In this document: positions 1 through 13,200 of the stretch, piece by piece
How positions within the stretch are numbered: the first letter of the stretch is position 1
Layout: the number at the start of each line of letters is the position of its first letter
Source: the human T2T-CHM13v2.0 reference genome, Homo sapiens
Direction: 5' to 3' (one strand)
Length of the DNA stretch: 64,000 bases
Assembly: GCF_009914755.1 (NCBI RefSeq)
Contig: NC_060929.1
Translations under genes and position numbers: made by a program
The notes under the pieces: model-generated
The model's database searches: none
What the model saw: only the letters and a program-made list of their open reading frames with translations
Told to the model about the DNA's origin: nothing

Positions 1-2487
1 TTAACTTATGCTAATGTTAGAACTTATTATTATAGAATATCCATTGTATTTAAGACACATAGAAAAATAATTGTTTGTTTAAAAAATTACCATAATACAA
101 AAAGAGTAAAGTTTTAAATCCCCATGTTTAATTAACCCAGCATTTCCCCAAGAAGGAAAGTAAGCTCCAGCACTGTTAGCAGAAAGACTGCTCTATAAAT
201 GTCATTGTTCGGTTAGAAATTTGCCTATTAAACTTAGTATCACACTTTTATAATTATACAATGCATATAAAAGCCTGTGTTCACTAGATGGTAATAGAGA
301 ACACATTCCACAGAAAGATAAAAGCACAGAATGAACTGAGCATGAACAGAAAATACTTATTTGAACAAAGAAATAATAGTATTTGACCTTTATCTGGAAA
401 TGATTTCATGTCCAGAGGGTATTTTCCTTTAAATAAAATACAGTTGTATTTGATGTTTCCTTTTATTGGACATTATATATTGATAAACAGATAAGCCAAA
501 GAAGGGGGGAAAAACACCTAAAAGTAAAGCAAAACAAGAAAACAATAAAAGCAGTCTGATTCATTTTCCCTCTTTAAAGTCCTAAAAAGGTACCTCATTT
601 GCCCAGAGAGAATACTCCTCACTTCTTGATTAAAGGCAATCAGAGCCCTTTGCCTAGCAATCTTATGTAATTTTAAAACTATCATATCAAATGGTGACTG
701 TTAATAACTACCAATATTACACAGCATGAAAACGAAGGTCAAATGCTATAGTTTGAATGTTAAATAAGGTAAAGAATATTAACTAGTGTTTAACAGGGCA
801 AATTTTGCTTATCGTTTAAAAAAAATTACTCTAAAAATGTGCTCCCAAACCACACAACAGGTTTCACTTTCTTTCCAGGATTCACTAAAATGATGTCCAG
901 CCATCCAGAAATGATTAGGTTTATTTTCTCCTAACTTATAATGCTGTGGGCTTAGTACCTGACTGTTCATCATTATAAAGTGACTCCTACAATGTTTGCT
1001 TCTCCTTCATCCCCAAAACTCCAGCAAAGAATTTCCTAAAACAGGTCAAGACCTTTACTAATGATACAACTATCTAACATGGGCACTGTGCACGCACAAA
1101 GAAGAAACCTAGGGTCTTCCTATTAAAAGGTGCTACTCCAGGAGATTTCACCTGTGAGGGCTAAGGAGGGCATTTTGAATGTCATTAATACTGTAGTGTT
1201 CTGCATTACCCTATAGTTTTACTTTCTTCATCAGCCTTATGCTGACCGTTGGAATGACTGTTGACCCAGCCCCCAAACACTTTTCCCAACAACAATTTGG
1301 TACTGGTAATGCTATCATTAGTGATAATGATAATGTGTTTGTGTTTTGTGGTTGTGGATGTCCCTGATTAGAATGCAAATGGAATAGAGGGGCATTATAA
1401 TAAGTTTTTGTTTAACATTAACAATTAAGAGCTACTCATAAACTACTGTATCAGATTATCAAGTAGAGCCTAGGGAATGGGGCATTTCAATTTTGGTGGA
1501 AGAAGCAGATGGGCTAGGACCTGGAAGGAAAGACTATTTCAAGGGGACAAAGTTCTGAGACCTAGGGGAACAAATGACTTTGGACAATTAGATATATGAT
1601 CACCACTGCAGGGAAGACACGAAGAGACAGAGGAAGCCAGGATACCCACTACCTAGCTCATAGCTGTGCGCCACATTATCTTTGAATCTAGTTGCACCCA
1701 CGACCTCTGTCTGATCAAGCAACTTCCTAGAAGCTTGAATAATCATTGAATGTTGACTCTGAATGTAATATCAACAACTGTGGCCAAACACTTCTACCTT
1801 AAGGGGGCTATAAAACATTTCTTCTCTTCAACAGTTCTGAGAATGAGCAGTTACTACAATTGTGGGAGGAAAGGAATAAAAGCCATTTGGGTCCATGTGC
1901 CCTCCCATGTGCACACAAGAGAGGCTAGGTTCTGCTGATGTAATCCTGTTTTGTAGATGAGCAAAAGTCACACAACGGATAAATGGCAAGCTCAGCACAC
2001 AGGCTTCCGAAATTTGAGGCCAGTCCTCACACTACCTTTGCAGGTTGGATACTCATCTTGACATCATTCACCTTACAAATCCAAACTAAGTTGAACGATG
2101 GAGAGAAGCAAAATCTGTCAAATGACTTCTACAGGTGTGGTGATGCTTATCAGAGACCTGGCTTAACAAAAATTATCCAAGTCTCTCTAGCTATTTCTAA
2201 ACACCGTGGTATGCTTCAGACTGAAAATACTGAAATAAAAATAGTTGTAATAAGCTAGGTGATTCCTGATACCATAAATCAGTCCAAGAAGAGTGAACCA
2301 GAGTCATTCCAATAGCCTTGTTCCTTGACAGTGTATTTATGACTCTTTTTTAAAAGGCCATTACCCTGATGAAAAATAGAATTACACAGCCGGAAGAAAC
2401 CACACCGAGGTCCTTAATTTACTCCCCACACCCCTAGCTGATGTTCATCCTAGATGGGATTATCTATCGCCTGCCATCCACATCCTT

Positions 2488-2491
<4 letters not shown>

Positions 2492-2521
<30 letters not shown>
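2492..2521 (+). repeat. Poly(A)30 mononucleotide run with no recognisable Alu/L1 body upstream
   Basis: 30 consecutive A read directly; a MIR-like remnant follows (taaaatggg...tatgtgacagcacttt). Confidence 0.95.
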
Positions 2522-2524
<3 letters not shown>

Positions 2525-2849
2525 TTTCATAAAATGGGCTCAAATAAGCTATTTTATGTGACAGCACTTTTAAAAGTACTAAGTCATTGTACAGATGTAA
2601 GCAATTATCATTCTTTTTATTAAGAATAAGGAGCGTTCAAAATCTCCATCAGGAAATAGAAGATAATGTTTCACATTTTCTTCTAGCAGTTCTTTCTCAA
2701 GCTCATCACAAATCTCTCCTTCTTCTAGTTAATCCATTTTTTCCTTATGCCAGCTTATATAAATAGACAATTAAATCACAGAATGTTTGATTTGAAAAAG
2801 ATCTACTAATTTATCCCTCTGATTACATAAATGAAGATACTAAGAACAG

Positions 2850-3240
2850 CTGGGGCCATAAACACGAATGCCCATAAGGGCTGAACAGGTAACATGAATA
2901 AAGAAATCAGTTAAGAAGGAACAGTTTCTCAGGTCTGAGAAAACCAACAGTGCAAGCAGAATGATAAGTAGCAACTAATGGGCCAGATCAGTAAGAGAGG
3001 TCAACAGGGACTGTAGGGCTCTGGAAACTTGGAGAGTGCCAGACCACCTAAAGACAGCAGGCCCCTCACCGTGGTCATGTGGGCGCAGGCCCATTGTTAG
3101 CTGACATCAAAAAGTTGAAATCCAATCTTTGCTGAAATGTCCTGATTTTAAAAGGGTTGCATCGATTTTTAAACACTGAAAATTAAATAAAACATCTTCA
3201 GACCTATTCCAGTCTATACCCTGCTAGTTCATGACCTCTC
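2850..3240 (+). mobile_element. hAT-Charlie fossil, MER102-like
   Basis: aatgcccataagggctgaacaggtaacatgaat and gctgaaatgtcctgattttaaa...ttcatgacctct resemble the recalled MER102 consensus; highly diverged. Confidence 0.5.
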
Positions 3241-4079
3241 AACTGGGCCACATGATTTCTAATCCTCTCTGCTTCACTTGCTCTTTAAAAGCTTGTGGAA
3301 TCACAGCTTTAGCCCACTCAATGGTTGGTCTTATCATTCAGTGGCCTGAGCAGGATAACAGACCAGGATTCAGTGGCAGGCTGAGTGCTCCAGTCTTCAG
3401 AAGGGACCTGCTGAATAGGCACAGAAGGCACCTACAAGCCTTCAGATTCATCTGCTACCTTGAGCTGGGAAGCAGTGAACTCACCAGCTGGAGCAGTCCA
3501 TTCACCCTGAAGGTCCTCCTTGATTACAGCCTTTTCAGCACCTGACTGTTCTTTTCAATCCCTTCAGGATCTCTGCAGAGGCAGAGATCATGTCTGACCT
3601 CCCATGCATGTTGACGGGAGATAGTGCCACCCATGTGTAGAACTTCCTAGGCCAGCATCCACCATGAGACCCACTAAGTGAGCTCCCTTGTGGTTGCGTG
3701 GGATGGCAACATCTACAAGTGCAGGGGAGAATCTGTGTTACACAGAGCATTCGTAGCCAGGTTAACATAAGATACATCTCCAAGAGGCTGAGAGCCCTAG
3801 GATCGATAACCTCAGGCAGACATGGCTCCACTAAGGTTGCCTAGATATGGTTAGTTAAAGGTACTGGAGTGAAGAGCCCCTCAGAGAAGTGGCCCCAGTG
3901 GCAGATGGAAACTTCAGCACAGCCCATGGCCAGTATTCCTAGAAGATATGACACTGACATCAGCTGGGGTTTCAGTGGCAGTAAGGACAGGAATCATCAG
4001 CAGAAGATTCTCCTAGGTCCTCTCCAGACTTATGATATAGATTCTATCACCTTTCCTTTTGTAGGTTTGCTGTTCTGTT

Positions 4080-4571
4080 TGTAACTGAAATGCCAGGGGT
4101 TGTTCTAGGTCCTACTGCTCACTACACAGAAAGCCAATTACTGAGACAATGAGTATTGCAATGGACAAAGGCTTAATCAAGTGCTGCAGCCAAGAAGATG
4201 GGAGATCAGTCTCAAATCCATCTCCCTGACTAAAATTAGGAGTTTATATAGCAGGGAAGAAGTGTAATCATGTGTGTGAAAACAGGAATTAGGGAGGGGC
4301 AAGAAACAGGAGCTGGTCAACAGGAAGCAGGTGATTAGTTAAGGTAGTCATGATGGGTGAGGGGTCTGGCATTTCATTGTCCAGATATGATGATCTGGTA
4401 AGTTTCAGTTTCTTGCTACTACATGGGAGGCGTGATGGTTGGTTTCCTGAGAAAGGAAATCAGATAAGACAAATATAACTTTCTTAAGTTTTAAGACTGG
4501 AAGGATAAATTTCTATGTTTATTCAAAGAAACCAAAAACATCAGTTCTATGGAACTACTGGGCAGGTTTCA
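4080..4571 (-). mobile_element. Solo LTR, LTR47A-like (family tentative)
   Basis: Minus strand begins TGAAAC...CCATAGAACTGATGTTT and ends ...CATTTCAGTTACA (TG...CA). Contains a TATA-like ctatataaa. About 490 bp. Confidence 0.75.
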
Positions 4572-6619
4572 CATTTGGAAGCCTAGGTTGGTGCCACCTA
4601 ATTGGGTTTTGCTGCAAAGAAGTTGAGGACAATCTCCTCTTTCATTGGCAGGACATTAAGGCCTTCTGAGATTGTTAAAGCTTTCCTTTACATTACAGTG
4701 GAAACCCAGGACAACACTGTATGAACCCCTTTCTAAGTAGTAGGAAAGGCTGCCACCTTATCAAATAAATTCTTTTCTTTGTGTTCATGTGACCAATCAG
4801 CACATGCACTTTGACATTTTTGACATTCTGTCTCACAGAAACGTGAATGTAATGTTTCAATTCACTCTCATGATCCTCTGGACTTCACACAGAATTTGAC
4901 ACTGGAAGGTTGCTCTTTAGAAGCCTGGGATTAAGGATACAGATTGCAACAACAGAATAGCAGGAAACAGATTCAAAAGAAAATGGTACCTGCAATGCTG
5001 ACTTCTTTAACACCAATGAATATCAGAATGATGTAAGCTTTTTCATGTAGGGAGGGGCAGACTTTAAATCACCTGTCAGATATCTCTTTCCTAGGCAGAA
5101 TATACCAATTAGGTTTCTTTTTCTTATTTGTTGTCTTTCTACCTTTATGCTGTTTGGCTTATTCTCCAATGAGTTCCTTCAAGCTCTCTAAGTTTGTCAA
5201 AACCCATACTTGACAGAATGTTGGACTACTGCGAATTCTGCAGAGTGACTACGAGGCACTTCTTCCTCCTGGGAGGATAGAATAGACTTGCTTAACACAA
5301 ACATTGATTAAAAAAAAAAAGCTAACATTATCAGTGCTTCATTAATCTTGACACTGGGTTGGAGCAGAATTTTACCTATTAGATGGACTTTGATGTTTTA
5401 TTCCCTACTGCAAAGGTGCTTCCACTCTCAGAAAACAGAAATTGGGGGTAGGGGATGGAACACACTCTTGGGATAAAAATAAAAACAGTGCTCTAATATT
5501 AAAGGGAAAACACAATGATAGAGCCAGGAAGCAGCTCAGCAAAGCCATTACCATGCTTATTGCTATTTGAAGGCATAATGATTGAAGTTATTGTCTTAAT
5601 GTAAGATTACTAAATAATGCATCCCATAAAAGACATTGTATTGGCCATTAAACGTGTGTAACTGCAACAGAATTCATACTTATTTAATGACACTTTAGAG
5701 TCGGATGGTACTTAAAATGAAGTAGGAATTTTTTAAAGGCAAGAGAAATTCAAATATACCAGTATATAAATTGAAATGTTTTCTTTGTTTTGCAAGCACA
5801 TAAAGAAATAAGTTTCACATGGGTTGTTTCTTTTTTTGACCCACTGGGAACAGCACAATTTTGACTCCTCGGTATTTCTACTTCTAATTGCTAGGAGGGT
5901 TCATTATCAGCTGTCTAAAGTGCAATACATCAACCTTGCAAAGCTGAGTTACAAAAGACGTTCACACATCTGATGGGCTGCTGTGCTAAATACATCTTAA
6001 TTTGTGCTGCGTCTGCTGTTTTCTAATTTGTTTGTCATGCTGTGAATGCTGCAGACTTTGTTAGAGCAGCTCCCTGATTTTTTTCTTTAAAATTGCATCA
6101 ATACTTCATTTTAAAAAATGGCTGTCTTCCATCATTGTTCGTCTGTGTCTTGGAATGCCATAAACTCAACTCTTTTATGCACATATGTGTAAAATATCTG
6201 ATGCATTTGAATATGTATATTTATTACAGTAGATTAAATGTACATATATTTGCACATGCATCAAGCCAAATATTCAGTTTGATCTCACAAAGCAAAACAA
6301 ACTTTCTTCAGCCATAACTGGATACACAAAATGACAAACACACCAATCTCATAACTGGCATGGAGAAAAGTGTTTCAAGTCACTGCGGTCTAATTTTGGT
6401 TCTCTCACCCTGCAGAAGATGCAAGCAAGTTTGGTGTTCTTAGTTCAGACCCAACTAAGCAGCAGTTCAAGTGAGAAATGAGCATATGCAATTCAGCATG
6501 ATCCAGAATAAACCAGGTTCAACATTAAGTTCAAGTTGGGAAAGAAGACAAATACTACTACCTCAGGCCTATGCCTCCCCGTCTTTTCACAAAAAGCCAA
6601 GCTGAAGGCAAGGGTGGCT

Positions 6620-6789
6620 TCCTGGACATGTGACATGCAAAATCACACATTCCTCATGCTTAGTAGCAATCTGAGTTGAGTCTAATGCTCTGCTGTTACT
6701 ATTTAGAAAATGTTAATAATTTATGATTGAATAAGGGGCTCTACATTTCCATTTGGCCCTGGACTCTACAAATCATGCGACAAGTCTTG
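6620..6789 (+). mobile_element. hAT-Tip100 MER91A-like fossil
   Basis: taatgctctgctgttactatttagaaaatgttaataattt...aaggggctctacatttccatttggccctggactctacaaat matches the recalled MER91A 3' half. Confidence 0.65.
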
Positions 6790-9700
6790 GGGGCAGGAAG
6801 TGTTTAAGAGACACTGGTGGGACAGCTGATGGACGTGCCCTGTAGTACTTCAAGCTGGCAGTCATTTTGTTTTTTAAATCACAAAAATTTACCCATTGAA
6901 ATGAAGAAAAAAGGAAAGATAGAAGGAAAAAAGTGGGGAGAGAAGCAAACAAGAAAAGAGACTAAACCAAATGGTACTTTGTATTCATATAGTTTGATGG
7001 AGAATTAAGGAGGGAAGGCAGCCATTTCTAGGTGATTTTTATTATTTCTGAGCACAGAGCTTCTTCGAATGAAATTTATTCTAAAGACTATGCCTTTTGT
7101 CATAGGTTTTGGGATCACTACTCAGAGGGACACTCAAAGTCAGTCTATAATCTTTAAAAAACTAACTAAAAACAATTCAATTTTCTAACAATTTTTCACC
7201 ACCTTCTGCCCTTACACACATACATATCCCAAATTATTTAAAGAAACCTGGATAAAAACCAAGGATTTTTAGCAAGGCAGTGAATTGAGTGTCAGTGAGA
7301 TGCTGGCACAGAAGCTGGCATTCTTTGTGTGTGCAGCCACAGGAGAGGGATGCTAAGAGGCAGGTCTGCACCCTGGCTTCAGAGGGAGGCGTGGACCCCA
7401 TTTACATAATGCCAACCAGTCTCCCGTGTCAAGTTTTCCCAGGAACATGCAGAAGCAATTACCAAGGCAGGCATTATGACTGGTGGAGTCACAGACAAAT
7501 CAGGGTTTCCATAAAGGAGGATGTTGAATCAATAAGGCATACTGTTCAACCAGGGATGAGAAAAACACCTCATAAAATAACAGCATTTGTAAAGGTTAAT
7601 CGATTCAGCTAATTGTAAATGTTCTCAATTGTCAGTCCCAGAGCAGTCCCTTCTCTTTGTAGCTAGTAATTCACTGTGGGATGCAGCAGCTCTAAACCAG
7701 GAAACAGAGAAAGAGGGAAAAGCAGTCAAATTTCTCATTACTCTCTCCATGTTGTGCTCTGTCGGTGTCTGTAAATGTCAATATATTTACCACGGGGAGA
7801 TAGCCTTTTTTCTCTACTAGCACTTCGTTGCCTCCTTCATTATATACAAAACAAAGTAAAGAGCCTAATTATCTTGGTCTGAGCAGATGGAAAGGAAATC
7901 AGGGTATTGATCTTTAGGGCAATATCTTAGGGCAATGCATATGACTAATAAGCTGGGCAGTTAAAGGGATGGTCCTTCATTGACAATGGTAAGAAAAAGA
8001 CATCTTATTCACTGCCCCAGATTAACTCAGGAAAAAGCAAGAGATGCTTTCTGCCCTTCCCCCTCTACTGCCTCCATTTCCCCAGCAAGAACAAAACCAT
8101 TGCACATGGTTTTTAAAATTAGCATTCATAGAGACTGGAGAAATAGAAACAAATCATGCCAGGCGGAAAAACGTTGAGATAATTCTAGCCTGAAATGATA
8201 AGCAGAGTATGGCAGTGAAAGCAAACCTACAACTTTAATGGAACCAGGGAATTCCTGTCTTTCTTTGAGGCTTCATAATCAGAGTATCTTACATTTCCAG
8301 GCCACTAGTGAGTGTTCTACTGGGGACACAGAATTCAATTTGTGTTAAAAATGCTAGAAAAGTTGTAGAAAATGGTGATACAGGATAAATGATAAACTGT
8401 CCTAAGACAAGTCCTTTTCAAGATTTCACACTTCTTTTCTGTTCCTTACTTTTTATCTGTATATGGTGTTACGTTGCAGAAAGTTTTGTTTCTCTGTAGT
8501 GACAAAGATTAACCTTCTACATTTAGAAAATACAGGAATATAGTATTATTTCCAAGGAACAGTTATAAAAGCCAAAACTAGAGATAAAAACTATTTCAAA
8601 GGTTTTGTTTTATGAGTAATATTTATAGCAATGTGCTTAATAACAACTTGTATTTGCCCATTTATTGTGCCTTAGAATCTAATGATGTATATCATTTCCC
8701 ATATTGAAACATAAATTGCTGAAACAAGCAGCCAATTTCCTTTTATTTCATTTGCACCTCAGTAAAATGTAAATGTCTTTTCTTTAGCAATAAGGCTATG
8801 AGTGGTTAGCAAAATTTGAAAATGTACAATGAATCACAATTGATTATAAATCCTAAGTCTTCAACAACTTGACAAGAGTATCCTTATCTTTTATGTATTT
8901 CAATTTAGTGTTATTAATCAAAGACATTGTAAAATTCTAATTAAATCTATCAGAGGCCTGTGTTCCTGTCAGTTTGATATTTCAGGTATATCAGGTAGTG
9001 CAGTCAGACAAACCAAGTGACTCAGTGGAAGCGTACAGCCATGTGGATCAGAACAGCATCAAAAACAAGAGAAGACAGGGCCAACAGCGAGTTGGCAGCT
9101 GGCATATCACAAGATATTTTATCCCTCTAATATGTGGGTTAATGCTAGATCAGTGTAGGAAAGTAGCATGTTTAAAATCAAATTGACTGGTGTATTGTAC
9201 TAACAGTGGTGTACAGCCAGAAAACAAAATCTGTGTGTTCCTCTGGAGTGAGCAGAACCATTGGTTTACAACAGGAATTCTCTTAAGAAAAACAATTTCA
9301 TTCATCCATCAGTGCACTTTAAAACATGCCATTTTCTCCTTTGAAAAATGAGAAATTAAAGAATGAGTCAGGGAGGTCCAGAAGCTATCTTACTCACTCT
9401 AAGTGGGGAAAAGACCTCTTTGACAATAAACTTTCCTATCCTGCCAGTCTCCCTTTCTCCTGTTTCACCTTTCTCTCCTCCTTTTCTTACCCTCCTTCTC
9501 CCTCCTTCCTCCACCTTTTCTAAGACTCCTCTCATCTACCAATAACATTTTCCCATTTTCCCATAGTTTCAAAAGAAATGTGACAATATCCTTGAAAATG
9601 TTGACAATTGAGAGTGAAGTCCTCTACATGCGATCTTTTCACCTTAAAGGAATGGAAATTCCTGTTAGAGTTACAAGAACTGTAGCCTCATGCCAGCAAT

Positions 9701-9899
9701 CAGCAAAGTTAGCAAAACAAACTTCCAGGACCCTATTATTACATTCCATTCACTGATTGTTCCCAAGCACTGGGTACCTTCGTCCCCATATATATTCATT
9801 TGAAGCCCACACCCTTTTATACATAACGTAATTTTCTTTCCAGAGGATAAATTTTTATATCAGTTTGATAATTTCTTGAAGTTATACTGGAGTATTGCT

Positions 9900-10270
9900 C
9901 AACTTGCTTCTAAATTAAAGCACTTATTAAAAAACTTTGAAGCACTCTCACAATTTTAAATCACTGTGCACATAGCAATTTAAAATTATGGGAGCAGTTT
10001 TATAAGCACTTGAATTTGGAGGTGATCAGAGACCTGAAAATGTGCAATATAGAGTAATTTAAAATTATTAGAGTACTTCACATTTTTTATAAGCTCTTCA
10101 GCTGGGAAGTGATCAGGTTCTAACATCTGAGCTTATGCAGTGCAAAGTGAAGTACTTCTCAGCCTGAGATGATTCACTCTATTAAATCAAACTACTTTAA
10201 TAATTTTAAAGTGATGTACAGTGAGCATGCCCAGATCTCCAAATTTACTTCTAAATTAAAAATATTTTTC
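9900..10270. repeat. Cryptic array of four diverged ~85-bp units in mixed orientation (-,+,+,-)
   Basis: Core aatttaaaattat...ttttataagc(a/t)ctt...gtgatcag occurs at about 9977 and 10056 on +; reverse-complement copies lie at about 9900-9968 and 10181-10268. Confidence 0.7.
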
Positions 10271-13200
10271 ACTTCCAGCCTACAAAAGACACTTATGTGA
10301 TGAAGCAGCAATTTACCCTTTAAATTTTAGACATCAAACTGCCCCCTCGCTTTAATAGTAGTTTTCCCTTGGTAAAAATAAACACAAAAATATTTAAAAT
10401 ATTTGATATTTTTCATTTTAAAACTGAAAATTATCGTGCTATGGAACTCCAACAACCTACCTGTATTTGAATATATTTCCACTTTAAAGCAAACTTTAGT
10501 ATACCATGTTTGGGGATATAACGCTTTTATGCCTAAAACACTAACAAACTAATATCTCAAGAGGGTTTGTAAACCTCAACGAATGGTTAATTGTCTTATG
10601 GAAGTATAACACCGTATCCCACTTAAACATATGGGTGATCCTTCACAATAGGGAAGCTTTTTTGCTACCTGAGAAAAATCATATAAACCCTATAAGACCT
10701 TCCGAAGACCACTGTGACCTGAATGAAAGTATGCGGTTCCAGCAACATGTCCTCACCCTGCCCTTGAGTTCAAGGAAAGGACATCAGAAATTCATGGCAC
10801 CCCCTTCACTAAATGTACATTAGGCAAACGTGGCTCTCAGATAATTCAAATCAGTTTACGTGATGGTTTTCATCTTATAAAATTTTACTTATACTTTCTA
10901 TAGCCAAATTAGAGGGTAGAATTCTGGTCTAGATTAATTATTTCTATTAATAAACAAGATTATTAACCTGTGGAAAGGGATTCTAATCACTTCATAAAAC
11001 AATTCAATTTCTGGTATGCTTAAATATCGTTACTGAGTTAATATTTGCATCAGGGATGAATGGTTTAAAATCTTATTTTGGCAAATTTCTCACCCCATGT
11101 AAACAGAATGACAACCCAAATAAATAGGTAACCATAGATTGAAACCATTTGAAAGCTAATAAAAAAATTGTTTTTTCTTTATTATCAAGTGTTGGGAAGT
11201 TACTTTCTTTTCTTCCTCTCTCTCTCTTCTCTATTTCACTAAAAGCCCCATTCATCTGAATTCTAACTATAGTCAAACTGGATCTGCTGGAAAGTAATCA
11301 CTTACTACCTCCTTGTTCTTTGATAATACTTTGAATTTTACCCTATAGGAGAATTGATCCTAACTAATGTGTTTATAATTCACAAGTGAATGGAGTGGTT
11401 CCCAATAGCAACTTGCCACCGGTGGAAAATATGCTGTAGCTGTTTGTTATGGCTCTCATCAGGGAATACGGCTACAAACTACACATGCACTGCTCTATTT
11501 AAATGTACTGGCTTGAGAGGAAACTGCCAGAGCCACTTCATCTTTCACTACTGATGCTGCCTGAAAATTAAATTCTCCTGGGTGGGAGAGTGGGGAAGAA
11601 TAGTAATGTCTTTAAAAGTGCTCTCTCAGAGCAAGCTCTCATCAAGAGATACGAAAGGACATCAGAAATCAAAGAAGTACACTTATTTTGAAGGTTGTTG
11701 CAACGACATTTTAAACTTCGTTTCAAAAGCCAGGCACTGAAACCTAAAAATAAAATTGGGAAATATGACTCTCTAGTCCTTTGCAGGAAGAAAATTGGAT
11801 TCTGGAGTTTGGATTATAAACTCACGGAAGGTGGAATACACATATTGCCCAAACTTTCCAAACTTCCCCACGAAGAAATACGTGGATACAGCAAGCATCC
11901 AGTGATTCAGTGACAGGGGCAATAATGGGCTCAGTGGCTTTTTCACTTTAAAATATTCATGTGTATACTGAAATCAGGGATACTGCCTCTATGAAAATGT
12001 TTCTGAACGTAAGAAATGGAAATTTGAGTTCTGTTCTAACTAGCGTATCAAAAACTTTCGGAAGTTATATATACAATACCTGCTTTTACACAAAAGCATT
12101 TTGAATTCTACGGACTTTATGTTTGTCTTTACATTATGCTCAAATTGCCTTGGCTTTCACGCTATTTACAACAAAAATTGGTCTGGAAAAAAGACAAAGA
12201 AAACTGTCTTGGCAATAGAAATTTGTAATATTTAGATGGTTTTATATGCACTACATGGGATTGTTCATTTGGCTCTAGTGTCATAAGAGTATACACCTCA
12301 AAAATTCAATAATAGACAGCTCATGTCTGACATCTAAAACTGCATGTTAAGATACTAAAAAAAAATTGAAATAGGTAATGATTAACCAGAAGATAGAGAG
12401 GATGATGAATTAAAGTGGACCTGAATTAAGGGAGAAATTTGGATATAAATGATGGAAGAAATCACATGGGCATGTCTAAGTTTCTATAGATACTTATATA
12501 TTGGAGATAGAGAAGATAGCTAAAGCAAGCTCTAGGAATATTTTTCCATAGTATGAGGGTTGACAGGAAGCTTCTAAACAAAAATTTTGCAACAGTGAAT
12601 AGAAAAAAGTCAGGTAATTATGATACAATGAATTTGAAAATCAATGTGAATATTTCAAACCAAGTGGCTACTAGAAAGAAAGCAAAAACGTACTTGTAAG
12701 ACCAATATCAAGGAAGGAATTTAGATTATAAATGTAATACTCAAACACAGTTGGACTATGCAAACATAATGAAACATGACATGCCTGTGACATTAGTTAT
12801 GCTCTGGGTCTATCATTATATTTCACCATAGTAATCACTGCTTTTTTCTCTCTTCTGTATAAAATGGTGAGAGAAATAGTATTGGATGATACCAATCTAC
12901 GAGTCTCCTGTATACAACACTGACTTTTGTACTGAAACCAGGGAGATAATACTAGAATAAGCCCTTTGCCTATACACTGCAAAGACCAATGTGCACTTTT
13001 CAGATAAAATGTTCTTAATTCCTTTGCATTTTCTTGCAGCAGTACCTATACTCACTCACACAGTGCACTTAATGTCACTTTATCTAGGAGCATTGCTAAA
13101 TAAACAAGAATTTCATTAACACTGTGGCCATTTTAAGTAAATCTATGCCTAATGATATGAAATGCCCTGTAATTCCTAGTGTCTGCTGCATGAGTTAATC

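Noticed and set aside
3231-4079. GC-richer stretch with 71-104 aa ORFs
   Set aside because: No recognisable protein similarity or splice structure; possibly an old LTR relic, but no family could be supported.
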